64,000 nucleotides of DNA from assembly GCA_963789515.1 (NCBI GenBank), contig CAWBKW010000009.1:31088-95087 (forward strand), in the 5' to 3' direction. Position numbers and translations under genes: made by a program. The notes under the pieces were generated by a model. That model did not search any database. It had not been told where the DNA came from and saw only the letters and a program-made list of their open reading frames with translations. Each line of letters starts with the position of its first letter. Positions within the stretch are counted from its first letter, which is position 1. The stretch comes from an uncultured Coriobacteriia bacterium. GTDB taxonomy: Bacteria; Actinomycetota; Coriobacteriia; Anaerosomatales; JAAXUF01. Of this stretch, positions 41,420 through 50,779 are shown piece after piece.

Positions 41420-42112
41420 GTGCGCCACGTCTGGAGCGTCCTGATCGGCTTGGCGCTCGCCGTGTTCGTGGTGGGTCTGGCGCTCGCCCTGCTCACCCAG
41501 CCCTTCTTCACGCGCACTCTTGCCGAGCGCTTTTCGCTTGCCGAGGAGGCCGGACTGCCCCGCGAGCGCATGCTCGACGTCGCCGAGCAGGTCCGCGCGT
41601 TCGTCGCTGACCGTGGGTCCGCGACCCTTCCCGACGTCGTCGACGGCCGCCCCGGCTTCGACGCGCCCTCGGTCAGCCATCTCGCCGACGTCCGGCGCGT
41701 CATCGCCGGCGCTCGCCTCCTGACCTGGGCGCTCGCGATCGTGCTCGCGATCACGCTCGCGACCGCGGTCGCTCGGCGGAGGTTCGACGGGATCGCCGCT
41801 GCGCTTCGCGCAGGGGCCGCCGCGTGCGCGGTGTTCGTCCTACTGACGGTAGTCGCGGGGCTGTTCGACTTCGACGCGCTGTTCTCGTCCTTCCATGGCG
41901 TCTTCTTCGCCGAGGGCACGTGGACGTTCGCCTCGGACTCCCTGCTGATCCAGACGTTTCCCGAGACGTTCTGGGCCACGGCCGCAGCGGTTTGGGCGGG
42001 CCTCGTTCTGCTCGGCGCGGCCCTGCTTGCGTTGGGCGCGAGGGCAGTGAGGGCGTCGCAGGCGGAGGCGTCGAGATCCCGAGGACAAGGCTCGTCGGGG
42101 AATGGGGCGTGA
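41420..42112 (+). CDS. DUF1461/TIGR01906-like membrane protein
   Basis: HLADVR, FDALFSSFHGVFF...W.F...SLLIQTFPETFW. Confidence 0.75.
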   Translation: MRHVWSVLIGLALAVFVVGLALALLTQPFFTRTLAERFSLAEEAGLPRERMLDVAEQVRAFVADRGSATLPDVVDGRPGFDAPSVSHLADVRRVIAGARLLTWALAIVLAITLATAVARRRFDGIAAALRAGAAACAVFVLLTVVAGLFDFDALFSSFHGVFFAEGTWTFASDSLLIQTFPETFWATAAAVWAGLVLLGAALLALGARAVRASQAEASRSRGQGSSGNGA

Positions 42113-42250
42113 CAACGAGCGCGGATTCTGTAGACTTTCGTAGGGGGATGAAGTTCAATCGCCCCAGGGGACACCACAATCGTAGCGGCAGCACCTGCCC
42201 GGGTGCGAAGCCGTCACAGCGATTGCATCGTCAAGGAGGTGACTGCGCGA

Positions 42251-42400
42251 ATGGCTGCTAAAGAAGGTTACTGCGTCAAGTGCAAGGACAAGAAGGAAAT
42301 GGTTGAGCCCGAGGACATCACCATGAAGAACGGGCGTCCGGCAACGAAGGGGACCTGCCCCGATTGCGGAACCAAGATGTTCAAGATCGGCAAGTCCTAG
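42251..42400 (+). CDS. Small zinc-ribbon protein (DUF5679-like)
   Basis: RBS AAGGAGGTGA; YCVKCK..EM...KNGRPATKGTCPDCGTKMFKI. Confidence 0.85.
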   Translation: MAAKEGYCVKCKDKKEMVEPEDITMKNGRPATKGTCPDCGTKMFKIGKS

Positions 42401-42422
42401 GTTCTTCTGGTTTCGATCGCAT

Positions 42423-42454
42423 AAGCGCCGTCGGGTCACGATCCGACGGCGCTT
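42423..42454 (+). terminator. Hairpin terminator
   Basis: AAGCGCCGTCGG-N8-CCGACGGCGCTT. Confidence 0.7.
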
Positions 42455-42499
42455 CGCGTTTGCGGGCGCGTTCTTGGCTGGGATACACTCTCTCGGCGC

Positions 42500-42574
<75 letters not shown>

Positions 42575-42655
42575 GAGCCCCTTCTCGACCGCCGGTCCGG
42601 CGGTCGTCTTTCGTTCTTGCGCAGCATCGCTTCGCGGAGTATGGTCGTTCCAGAG

Positions 42656-42669
42656 CGAACAGATGTTCG
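42656..42669. promoter_or_regulatory. LexA (SOS) box
   Basis: CGAAC-agat-GTTCG matches the Gram-positive/actinobacterial consensus, just downstream of TTGCGC-N17-TATGGT (42617-42645). Confidence 0.8.
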
Positions 42670-42720
42670 TATTCGCCCCGCACACTCCCGCTCCTCGCCG
42701 CTCAGGCAGGAGTGATACCG

Positions 42721-43828
42721 ATGATCGACCTCGGACCGCGCCACCTCCGTTCGGTCCCACGCGCTCGCGTGGCAACAGCCGCCCCACCCCCCTCACGTGC
42801 CGATCGCCGGCGGGCGGCGTGCTGTGTGGCGTGCGCCGCGGCACTCGCGGCGATGCTGGTCCTGCCGTCCGAGGCCCCGGCCGGCTGGCCGCTTGCAGGG
42901 GAGGCCGGGCCTGCGCTCGGCTTCGGCGAGACCTACACCGCTCCCGACGGGACCCCGTCGACCCACCGCGGTAGCGACCTGTCGGCCGCTGCCGGATCTC
43001 CCGTACGCGCGCCCTTGTCGGGACGCGTGAGTTTCACCGGGCGCGTGCCCGGTCCCGGCGGCGGGACCGTGTTGGCGGTGACCATCGCGACGGACAGCGG
43101 CTCGCTCACGCTGCTCCCGCTCGACTCCGCGTGCGTCAGGGCCGGCGCGCAGGTGGCCGAGGGGGACCTCGTGGGGGAGCTCGCGGATGCCGGCGACCCC
43201 TCCTCGGCGGGAACCCACCTGCACGTGAGCCTGCGCAAGGGCGATCTCTACGTCGACCCGGTCCCTCTGCTGGCGTCGCCCGCGGCTGCAGGCGGGAGCT
43301 TCGGAGTCACCCCAGCCGAGCCCAGCCGTACAGCCCGCACCCGGGAGTGTCCCCGCCGAGGCTCCGGGTACCCCCCGACCGCAAGCCGTTCCTGATGTCG
43401 CTGCCGTGCCCGCTGCAGTCCCGGCGGCAGTGCCCGCACCGTCGTCCGTGGTTCGCCCCGGGGTGGTCGTCGCAGGGGGAACCGTGCCCGTGCCCGTTCC
43501 CGGAGCGGGCGTAGCGCCGGGGGTCTCGTTCCCGAGCGCGGCGGGTGTCCAGGCCGGTGGCGGCAGCACGATGGATGCTGTGGCGGCCGCGGTCTCTGCG
43601 GCGGTCGACGAGGCGCGAAGCAGCAAAGGGTCGAACGCGGGCGGGTTCGTCGAGTGGGCACTGCGCGCGGCGGCGGGCTCGCTGTGGGCGGGTGCCCGGG
43701 TCCTCGCGGGGGTCTTGCTCGCGCTCGGCGCGCTGTGGCCGATCTGGAGACGAGAGCGGCGGAAAGGTGCCGGTGAGCTTTCGGTCAGACCCTTGGGTGA
43801 CGATGTTGCGGCAGTAACGGGCCGGTGA
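42721..43828 (+). CDS. M23 family peptidase with Pro/Ala/Val linker and C-terminal TM; frameshift(s) near 43300-43390
   Basis: HRGSD, VRAPLSGRV, THLHVSLR..YVDP; the linker and TM tail are in ORF 43406..43828. Confidence 0.75.
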
Positions 43829-43909
43829 TACACTCCACAGGTTCATTTCCTGCTCCGGGCCGCTGCCTTCATAGTCCCGGGGCCGAACCAGCCCAGGGGA
43901 GGTGACAAA
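43829..43909 (+). promoter_or_regulatory. rpsF promoter and probable S6:S18 autoregulatory leader
   Basis: TACACT -10 and a leader in which TTTCCTG/CCGGGC can pair with GCCCAGGGGA next to the SD; position typical of S6:S18 leaders. Confidence 0.5.
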
Positions 43910-44203
43910 ATGAAGGCTTACGAACTGTTGCTTCTGCTCAATCCCTCTCTCGACGAGGAAGCCCGCGCGGCCGTTCTGGACAAGGTCCAGGGCGTGATCA
44001 CCGCTGATGAGGGCGTTGTGGATGCTGTGGACTCGTGGGGCAAGCGCAAGCTGGCCTACGAGATCGGCAAGGTGACCGAGGGCGACTACGTCCTCGTCGA
44101 CTTCCACACCAAGCCGGCCGCCATCGCCGAGCTGGACCGCGTACTGCGAATCACCGATCCCGTAGTCCGTTTCATGCTCGTGCGACGCGAGGACAAGGAA
44201 TAG
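43910..44203 (+). CDS. rpsF: 30S ribosomal protein S6
   Basis: MKAYEL, WGKRKLAYEI, ELDRVLRI..VVRF. Confidence 0.96.
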   Translation: MKAYELLLLLNPSLDEEARAAVLDKVQGVITADEGVVDAVDSWGKRKLAYEIGKVTEGDYVLVDFHTKPAAIAELDRVLRITDPVVRFMLVRREDKE

Positions 44204-44278
44204 TCCTCGTTCGGCCGTGCGCCACGGACTTCCCGGGCGGTGGCCCGAATCCGTGTTCGTCAGAAGGTGGGTAGAACC

Positions 44279-44709
44279 ATGAGCATCAATCGCGTCAACA
44301 TCACAGGCAACCTCACGCGAGACCCCGAGCTGCGGTCCACGGGGAGCGGCATGGCCGTTCTCCAGATGGGCGTGGCGGTCAACGACCGTCGCAAGAACCA
44401 GCAGACGGGCGAGTGGGAGGACTCGCCCAACTTCATCGACGTGGTCATGTTCGGCACCCGCGCCGAGTCCGTCTCCCGCTTCCTGTCCAAGGGCTCGAAG
44501 GTCGCCATCGAAGGCAAGCTTCGCTGGAGCTCCTGGGAGGACAAGACCACCGGCGCCAAGCGCTCCAAGATCGAAGTCGTCGCCGATGACATCGAGTTCA
44601 TGAGCAGCAAGTGGAGAGGGTGGCGGCGGCGGTCGCGCGGACTATGCACGCGCCGGCAGCGTCTGCGCCCTCGGCCGACCCCGTCATCGAGGACGATATC
44701 CCGTTCTAG
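44279..44709 (+). CDS. ssb: Single-stranded DNA-binding protein; 1-nt deletion near 44610
   Basis: INRVNITGNLTRDPELR, KGSKVAIEGKL; the EDDIPF-stop tail lies in a shifted frame. Confidence 0.93.
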
Positions 44710-44791
44710 GCACATCCGGCACGCCCTCCCCTCGGGCGTGCACCGAATCAAGAGATACCGCGACTGATATCGCGGAAGGAGGTCTTCGAAC

Positions 44792-45055
44792 ATGTCCGAT
44801 TTCGCCCGTAAGCCCCGGCGCAAGTACTGCCAGTTCTGCAAGGACCACGTCGAGTACATCGACTACAAGGACGTGCAGATGATGCGCAAGTTCATGACCG
44901 ACCGCGGCAAGATCAAGCCTCGCCGTGTGTCGGGCACCTGCGCCCAGCACCAGCACACCCTTTCCATGGCCATCAAGCGCGCGCGTGAGATGGCACTCGT
45001 CCCCTACACCGTGCCGGTCATCAGCGGCCGCATCGACCGCAGGGGCGGTAGGTAG
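44792..45055 (+). CDS. rpsR: 30S ribosomal protein S18 (Zn-binding form)
   Basis: CQFC, IDYKD, RGKIKPRR.SGTCAQHQ, AIKRAREMAL. Confidence 0.96.
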   Translation: MSDFARKPRRKYCQFCKDHVEYIDYKDVQMMRKFMTDRGKIKPRRVSGTCAQHQHTLSMAIKRAREMALVPYTVPVISGRIDRRGGR

Positions 45056-45062
45056 TCTCCCC

Positions 45063-46016
45063 GTGGAGACAAGAACCGCAGATATTCGCGACGCGTCGCT
45101 GCTCTCGGTGGCCGTGGTGTTGGGCGCCCTCATGACGCCGCTCGTCGCGGCCGTCGGGCTCCCTGTCGTCGCGGCGGGAGTCGCGGGACTCGTGTATCGC
45201 GGAAAGGTGGCGATCGCAGGCTTCGCAGCGGCCTTCGGCGTGAGCGCGGTCTTCGTGCTCCAGCGCGTCGATGCCGTCTTCGTGCTTCCGACGGTTGTGG
45301 CCGTCCTGTTCGCAGTCGCCTTGCTGCCCAAGCGCAGCGCTCAGGTTGTCGGGGCGATGCTCGTCGGCGTGATCACGTTGGCCAACATCGGCTTCGAGGA
45401 GGCGCTCGCGCGCGCTCAGGGGACCACCCTGACCGCAGCGACAGCGCTTCAGCTGCAGCTTGCGGTGGGTCAGGTGGTCAAGGCGCTCGGAACCTCGGCG
45501 ACCGCCGAGGTCGTGAGCCGCTTGAACGAAGTCGTGAAGATGATGTCGACGGCGTGGCCGGCCACCTACTTCGAGGCGGCCCTCGTAGCCGGAGTGCTCG
45601 TCATCGCCGCCATCGCGTGGGCCGCTCGCAGAGCGGGTCAGCACGTCAACGTCGTGTCGTTCTCGCGGCTGGACCTGACGCCCCACGTACTCTGGGTGTT
45701 CGTTGTAGGACTGCTGCTTCTCGCAGCATCGTATGGGGCCTTTCCGGCATCGAAGCCGTTCGGTGTCGTGGGGCTGAACCTCGTTCTGTGCGCTCGCACG
45801 CTGTTCGTCCTTCAGGGGCTCAGCGTGTCCGCGGGGGTGCTCGACCGGGCCGGCGTCGGTCTCGGCGGGCGCATCCTGGCGTTGGCTGCGCTCGCCGCGC
45901 TCGACGCACTCACGCTCGTGGTCAGCTTCATCGGCCTGCTGGATTTCTGGGTCAACTTCCGGCGTCTGCCGCGTGACGGCGTGACGCCGGCCGCACCGAC
46001 GCAAGTCGGGGCATAA
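45063..46016 (+). CDS. DUF2232/YybS family membrane protein
   Basis: Polytopic membrane protein with LQGLSV and IGLLDFWVNFRR; conserved position between rpsR and rplI. Confidence 0.8.
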   Translation: METRTADIRDASLLSVAVVLGALMTPLVAAVGLPVVAAGVAGLVYRGKVAIAGFAAAFGVSAVFVLQRVDAVFVLPTVVAVLFAVALLPKRSAQVVGAMLVGVITLANIGFEEALARAQGTTLTAATALQLQLAVGQVVKALGTSATAEVVSRLNEVVKMMSTAWPATYFEAALVAGVLVIAAIAWAARRAGQHVNVVSFSRLDLTPHVLWVFVVGLLLLAASYGAFPASKPFGVVGLNLVLCARTLFVLQGLSVSAGVLDRAGVGLGGRILALAALAALDALTLVVSFIGLLDFWVNFRRLPRDGVTPAAPTQVGA

Positions 46017-46085
46017 CTGACGTTCTAACGTGTAGGGAACTGCCGTCCGGACGGCACGAGTCGTTCGGCGATTGAAGGAGTAACC

Positions 46086-46688
46086 ATGAAGGTCATCCTG
46101 TTGCAGGAACTCAAAGGACGTGGAGGCGAGGGAGACGTGATCGATGTCGCCCAAGGCTTCGCGGTGAACTATCTGCTGCCGCGCAAGGTCGCGATCCAAG
46201 CGACCAAAGGCAACCTCAAGCAGCTCGAGCAGCGTGCGAAGAACATCCAGGTGCGCGAAGAGGGTCGCATCGGCGAGTCCAATGCGCTCGCCGAGGCCCT
46301 CGAGGGCAAGGTCGTCACGGTGTTCGCCAAGGTCGGCGAAGAGGGCCGTCTCTTCGGCTCCGTGACCACGGTCATGATCGGCGAGGCGATCGCCGAGCAG
46401 CTCGGCGTCGAGATCGACCGCCGCAAGATCGAGACCCACGGCCACATCAAGGACGTCGGTCCGCACATCGTCAACGTCGCGATCTACCGCGAGGTCAAGG
46501 CCGAGCTCACGGTCGACGTCGTCGCCGAGGGCCACGTCGCCGAGGAGGTGCCCGTGACCATGGTCGCTGAGGTCGAGGGTGTCGGCGCTGACGGCGAGCC
46601 ATTCGTCGAGGTCGTCGAGGAGACGGCCGAGCAGGCCGACTCAGACGTCGCCCTGGACGAGGCTGTCGAAGCCGAAGAGGCCGAGTAG
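46086..46688 (+). CDS. rplI: 50S ribosomal protein L9 (acidic C-terminal extension)
   Basis: MKVILL, GFAVNYLLP, GRLFGSVT, IDRRKI. Confidence 0.96.
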   Translation: MKVILLQELKGRGGEGDVIDVAQGFAVNYLLPRKVAIQATKGNLKQLEQRAKNIQVREEGRIGESNALAEALEGKVVTVFAKVGEEGRLFGSVTTVMIGEAIAEQLGVEIDRRKIETHGHIKDVGPHIVNVAIYREVKAELTVDVVAEGHVAEEVPVTMVAEVEGVGADGEPFVEVVEETAEQADSDVALDEAVEAEEAE

Positions 46689-46718
46689 CCTTCCCGAGCC
46701 ACCGTTCCCGTTGCATCG

Positions 46719-46751
46719 CAGCGCCGGCCCTCCTCACGGGGGCCGGCGCTG
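46719..46751 (+). terminator. Terminator after rplI
   Basis: CAGCGCCGGCCC...GGGCCGGCGCTG followed by TT. Confidence 0.7.
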
Positions 46752-46782
46752 TTCGCTCGTCGGCAGAATTCACCCGCAAACC

Positions 46783-46854
46783 CGTGGATAATGTGGATAA
46801 CTCGTCGAGACGCAGGTCGCGCACACCGGCACGTCCACCGACCCCTGTGGACGC
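46783..46854. promoter_or_regulatory. DnaA-box cluster upstream of dnaB
   Basis: Tandem CGTGGATAA and TGTGGATAA (perfect reverse complement of TTATCCACA) at 46783-46800, degenerate TGTGGACGC at 46846-46854. Confidence 0.75.
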
Positions 46855-46872
46855 CCGTTTGGGCCGCGCCGC

Positions 46873-46895
46873 TTGTCAGTCCGCTGTCCTACTAT
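46873..46895 (+). promoter_or_regulatory. PafBC-type (RecA-NDp-like) promoter of dnaB
   Basis: TTGTCAG-N10-TACTAT matches TGTCRG-N10-TANNNT. Confidence 0.65.
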
Positions 46896-46944
46896 CGCAG
46901 TGAGGCGGGATGTGACCGGCGCGAGGAGAGGGAGCGGCGAGTCG

Positions 46945-48312
46945 ATGGTCGATACGGTCGGCAGGCGGCGCCAAAGCGGGATTGAGCGTGAAACCCCGCA
47001 CAATGTCGAGGCGGAGCAGGCTATTCTCGGCGCCATGTTCCTCTCGGCCGAGGCGGTCGAGGGCGCGCTCGTGATCCTCCAACCGGAGGACTTCTATCGA
47101 CCCGCGCATGCGCGCATCTACTCGGCCATGAGCGACCTGAACTCCCGCTCGGTGCCGGTCGATCACCTCTCGGTGGCTGATCGGCTTGAGTCCACAGGCG
47201 AACTCGCCTCGGCCGGCGGCAGGACCTATCTGCTCGACATCACGGGCGTCGTCCCCATCGCCTCGAACTGGCAGCGCTACGCCGACATCGTCAAGCGCAT
47301 GTCCATGCTTCGGCAGCTCATCACGGCGGGCACCGCGATCGCCACGATGGGCTATGACGCACCTGACGATCTGGACCAGGTCGTGGGCGACGCCGAGAAG
47401 CTCATCTTCGATGTGACCAACAAGCGGGTCAGCAGCAACTTCGCCGTCATCAACGATCTGCTCAAGGTGTCGTTCAAGAACCTCGAGGAGCTCGCGGAAC
47501 GCAAGGAGCACATCACCGGCGTCCATACCGGCTTCAAGGACCTCGACAAGCTGCTCGCGGGCCTCCACCCCGGAGACCTGTGCATCCTCGCGGCCCGGCC
47601 GTCGGTGGGAAAGACCGCGCTTGCCCTGAACATGGGGGTCAACGCCGCGCGGCACGGAGCGTCCGTGGCGATCTTCTCGCTCGAGATGGGGGCCGACCAG
47701 CTCGTCCAGCGAGTCCTGTGTTCCGAGGCCCGCATCAACCTGCAGGACGTGCGGACGGGTTACGTCAAGGACAGCGACTGGTACACGATCCACACCGCCA
47801 TGGGCAAGCTCGCGCAACTCGACTTCTGGGTGGACGACACCCCGTCGATCTCGATCCTGGAGGTCCGCGCCAAGGCGCGCCGGCAGCTTCGAGACAAGCC
47901 GAAGGGCTTCATCATCGTCGACTATCTCCAGCTCATGCAGCCCCAGGGTCGTCGCTCGGAGAACCGGCAGACCGAGATCGCCGAGATATCCCGGGGACTC
48001 AAGATCCTGGCCAAGGAGCTCAAGGTCCCGATCCTCGCGCTCTCTCAGCTGTCTCGCGCCGTGGAGCAGCGGGCCGGCAAGCGCCCCCAGCTCTCCGACC
48101 TACGTGAGTCAGGCGCCATCGAGCAGGACGCCGACGTGGTCATGTTCATCGACCGGAACACCGACCCGTTCGCCGATGACCAGGAGGGGCGTCCCCAGAA
48201 GGGCGTCGCCGAACTCATCGTGGCCAAGCACCGCAACGGTCCCACCGGGCAGATTCAGCTCGTCTTCAACGACCGCTTCACGAAGTTCATCGACTACACG
48301 AGCCAGGTGTAG
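46945..48312 (+). CDS. dnaB: Replicative DNA helicase
   Basis: PHNVEAEQAILG, AARPSVGKT, FSLEM, VDYLQL, LSQLSR, SDLRESGAIEQDAD, KHRNGPTG; no intein. Confidence 0.97.
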   Translation: MVDTVGRRRQSGIERETPHNVEAEQAILGAMFLSAEAVEGALVILQPEDFYRPAHARIYSAMSDLNSRSVPVDHLSVADRLESTGELASAGGRTYLLDITGVVPIASNWQRYADIVKRMSMLRQLITAGTAIATMGYDAPDDLDQVVGDAEKLIFDVTNKRVSSNFAVINDLLKVSFKNLEELAERKEHITGVHTGFKDLDKLLAGLHPGDLCILAARPSVGKTALALNMGVNAARHGASVAIFSLEMGADQLVQRVLCSEARINLQDVRTGYVKDSDWYTIHTAMGKLAQLDFWVDDTPSISILEVRAKARRQLRDKPKGFIIVDYLQLMQPQGRRSENRQTEIAEISRGLKILAKELKVPILALSQLSRAVEQRAGKRPQLSDLRESGAIEQDADVVMFIDRNTDPFADDQEGRPQKGVAELIVAKHRNGPTGQIQLVFNDRFTKFIDYTSQV

Positions 48313-48337
48313 AGGCGGTTCAGCGGCTTCCGCGGGC

Positions 48338-48628
48338 CTAGCGCTGCTTGAACTTCCCGTCCAGGAGCTTGCGGAACTCGCGTTCGTCCCAGCCCGTCAT
48401 GGCGTGTTCGCCGACTCGGATGACGGGAACCGCATGCCCGCCGGTCATCAGCGCCATCTCTCGGCGCCCGGCTCCGCGCCGGCTCACGTCCACCTCTCGG
48501 TACTCCATTCCATGCTCCGCGAGGTAGTGTTTCGCCACCCGGCACCAGTGGCAGTGCGGGGTCGTGTAGACCGTGATCGTGGGCGGATGCTTGTGGCTAC
48601 CGCTCGTCGGCATCTTCGAACCCTTCAT
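48338..48628 (-). CDS. Glutaredoxin-like protein (YruB type)
   Basis: VYTTPHCHWC, DVS, AVPVI, GWD. Confidence 0.85.
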   Translation of the reverse strand: MKGSKMPTSGSHKHPPTITVYTTPHCHWCRVAKHYLAEHGMEYREVDVSRRGAGRREMALMTGGHAVPVIRVGEHAMTGWDEREFRKLLDGKFKQR

Positions 48629-48749
48629 CGCTCCCATAAGGCCGCTCGAGTTCGTTGCTTGACAGCACAGGTATGATAACCGACGGCCTGAAAGCTCGTT
48701 CGACGCGACCGGCCCCCTGGCGGGGCCACATCCACGAGGAGTCCCCTTA

Positions 48750-50129
48750 GTGTCTTCCCCCCACTTCGCGGTCGTCATCATCGGTGCCGGTCCGGCCGGC
48801 ATCTTCTCGGCGCTCGAGCTCGCGCGCTCGGGCGTCACCGACGTCCTGGTGCTCGAGAAGGGTCACGGCATCGACAAGCGCCGGTGCCCCGCGCGCCGAC
48901 GGGCGTGCGTGGGCTGTCCCACCTGCGACATCATGACCGGATGGGGAGGCGCGGGCGCGTTCTCGGACGGCAAGCTCACGCTCACGACCGAGGTGGGCGG
49001 GTGGCTCGGCGACTTCGTACCGCGTCCGCAACTCGAGGAGCTGCTGGACTACGCGGACGGGCTGTGGCTGGAGTTCGGTGCCACCACCGAGGTCCACGGG
49101 CCGGATCCCGACACGGCTGCCGAGCTGTCTCGAGAAGCCACGCTGGCCGGCATGAAGCTCATTCCGATGAACATCCGCCACCTGGGCACGGAACGCTCGC
49201 CCGAGGTGCTCGACGCGATGCGCGTGTGGTTGCTCGAGCAGGGCGTGACGGTCCGAACCGACACGCCCGCCGCCCGAATCCTCGTCGCCGAGGGGCGGGT
49301 CACCGGCGTCGAGCTTGCCGATGGAGAGGTCATCACGGCCGATGCCGTCATCGCCGCGCCGGGCAGAGAAGGTGCCGACTGGCTGACCGCCGAGGCGCGG
49401 GCGCTGGGCCTCAAGCTCGTGAACAACGCCGTCGACGTCGGGGTGCGTGTCGAGTGCCCGGCTCCCGTGATGGAGCGCCTCACGGACGCGCTCTACGAGG
49501 CCAAACTCGTCTACCACACGAAGTCCTTCGGAGACACCGTCCGCACCTTCTGCATGAACCCGTACGGTGAGGTCACCACCGAGAGCTACGGTGACGTCGT
49601 CACCGTCAACGGCCACAGTTACGCCGAGGCCAAGACGCCCTACACCAACTTCGCCGTCCTCGTGAGCACCCGGTTCACCGAGCCGTTCCGCGACCCCATC
49701 GCGTACGGCCGCGCGATCGCCAAGCTCGCAAACCTGCTCGCCGACGGCATCCTCGTGCAACGGCTCGTCGACCTGAAGGCCGGCCGGCGCTCCACTCCCG
49801 AACGCATCTCTCAGTCACTCGCCGAGCCGACGCTCGCCAATGCGACGCCGGGCGATCTGGCGGCCGTGCTCCCGTACCGCCATCTGACCGACATCGTCGA
49901 GTTCCTCGATGCGATGGAGGCATTGGCGCCGGGCATCTCCGGTCCGTCGACGCTGCTCTACGGTGTCGAGGTCAAGTTCTACTCGTCGCGCCTCGAGGTG
50001 TCTCCCGAGATGCAGACGAAGATCGAGGGGTTGTACGCGATCGGCGACGGCGCCGGCATCACCCGCGGGCTCGTACAGTCCAGCGCGAGCGGCGTGATCG
50101 CGGCACGGGCCGTGGTGGCGCACGATTAG
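48750..50129 (+). CDS. NAD(P)/FAD-dependent oxidoreductase
   Basis: IIGAGPAG, GWGGAGAFSDGKL, RTFCMNP, AIGDGAGITRG. Confidence 0.88.
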   Translation: MSSPHFAVVIIGAGPAGIFSALELARSGVTDVLVLEKGHGIDKRRCPARRRACVGCPTCDIMTGWGGAGAFSDGKLTLTTEVGGWLGDFVPRPQLEELLDYADGLWLEFGATTEVHGPDPDTAAELSREATLAGMKLIPMNIRHLGTERSPEVLDAMRVWLLEQGVTVRTDTPAARILVAEGRVTGVELADGEVITADAVIAAPGREGADWLTAEARALGLKLVNNAVDVGVRVECPAPVMERLTDALYEAKLVYHTKSFGDTVRTFCMNPYGEVTTESYGDVVTVNGHSYAEAKTPYTNFAVLVSTRFTEPFRDPIAYGRAIAKLANLLADGILVQRLVDLKAGRRSTPERISQSLAEPTLANATPGDLAAVLPYRHLTDIVEFLDAMEALAPGISGPSTLLYGVEVKFYSSRLEVSPEMQTKIEGLYAIGDGAGITRGLVQSSASGVIAARAVVAHD

Positions 50130-50779
50130 AGCGCCGAGGACTCCCATCCCATCACCCTGAGGGCTGCATCGACGACCGCCTCGTCGGGCCGATCCCCTAA
50201 GACCATCGAGCTCAGGAAGCCTCCCACGATGAGCGCGAAGAGCGCCCGCACCCGGGCCTCCCGGGTCGTCTCGGCGCAAGGGACGTCGAAGGCGGCGTCC
50301 AGCTCGATCGCCTTGGCTGCGAGCCGGCCGAGGACCGGCTCGACGATCGCCGAGCGGAACGCTTCGAGGAACTCGGCGTTGCGGGCGGTGGCCGGAACGA
50401 TCGCGCGGAGCATCGGCGCGTTCACTCGCAGTGCGCGGCGCCGGTTGTCGAACATGCCGAGCAGCTGTTCACGCACCGTCTCGGCACGCAGGTCGTCGAT
50501 GAGCTCGAACGCCTCTTCGCGCATGTGCCCGCCGCCTACCCTGATGAGTGCGAGGAAGAGGGCCTCCTTGCCCGGGAAGTGCCGGTACAGTGCTGGCTCA
50601 CTGACTCCCACCCCCTTGGCGATATCGCGCATGGAGCCGTGGTCGTAGCCCTTCTCGGCGAACACGTGGAGCGCCGAGCCGAGGATCTCGCCTCGGCGGC
50701 CGGGCTCGATGTCGGTGAGGAACACCGTGGCAGGCGCGGGGGCGTTCGCCGGATTCGCGGTCCCGTCCGAGTCACTCAT
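50126..50779 (-). CDS. TetR family transcriptional regulator
   Basis: FAEKGYDHGSMRDIAKGVGVSEPALYRHFPGKEAL HTH; last gene of the efflux operon. Confidence 0.9.
   Translation of the reverse strand: MSDSDGTANPANAPAPATVFLTDIEPGRRGEILGSALHVFAEKGYDHGSMRDIAKGVGVSEPALYRHFPGKEALFLALIRVGGGHMREEAFELIDDLRAETVREQLLGMFDNRRRALRVNAPMLRAIVPATARNAEFLEAFRSAIVEPVLGRLAAKAIELDAAFDVPCAETTREARVRALFALIVGGFLSSMVLGDRPDEAVVDAALRVMGWESSAL

Noticed and set aside
44600-44767. Programmed frameshift or altered C-terminus in ssb (and likewise purA, ddl)
   Set aside because: No slippery heptamer; a single indel restores the canonical DDIPF tail, consistent with assembly error
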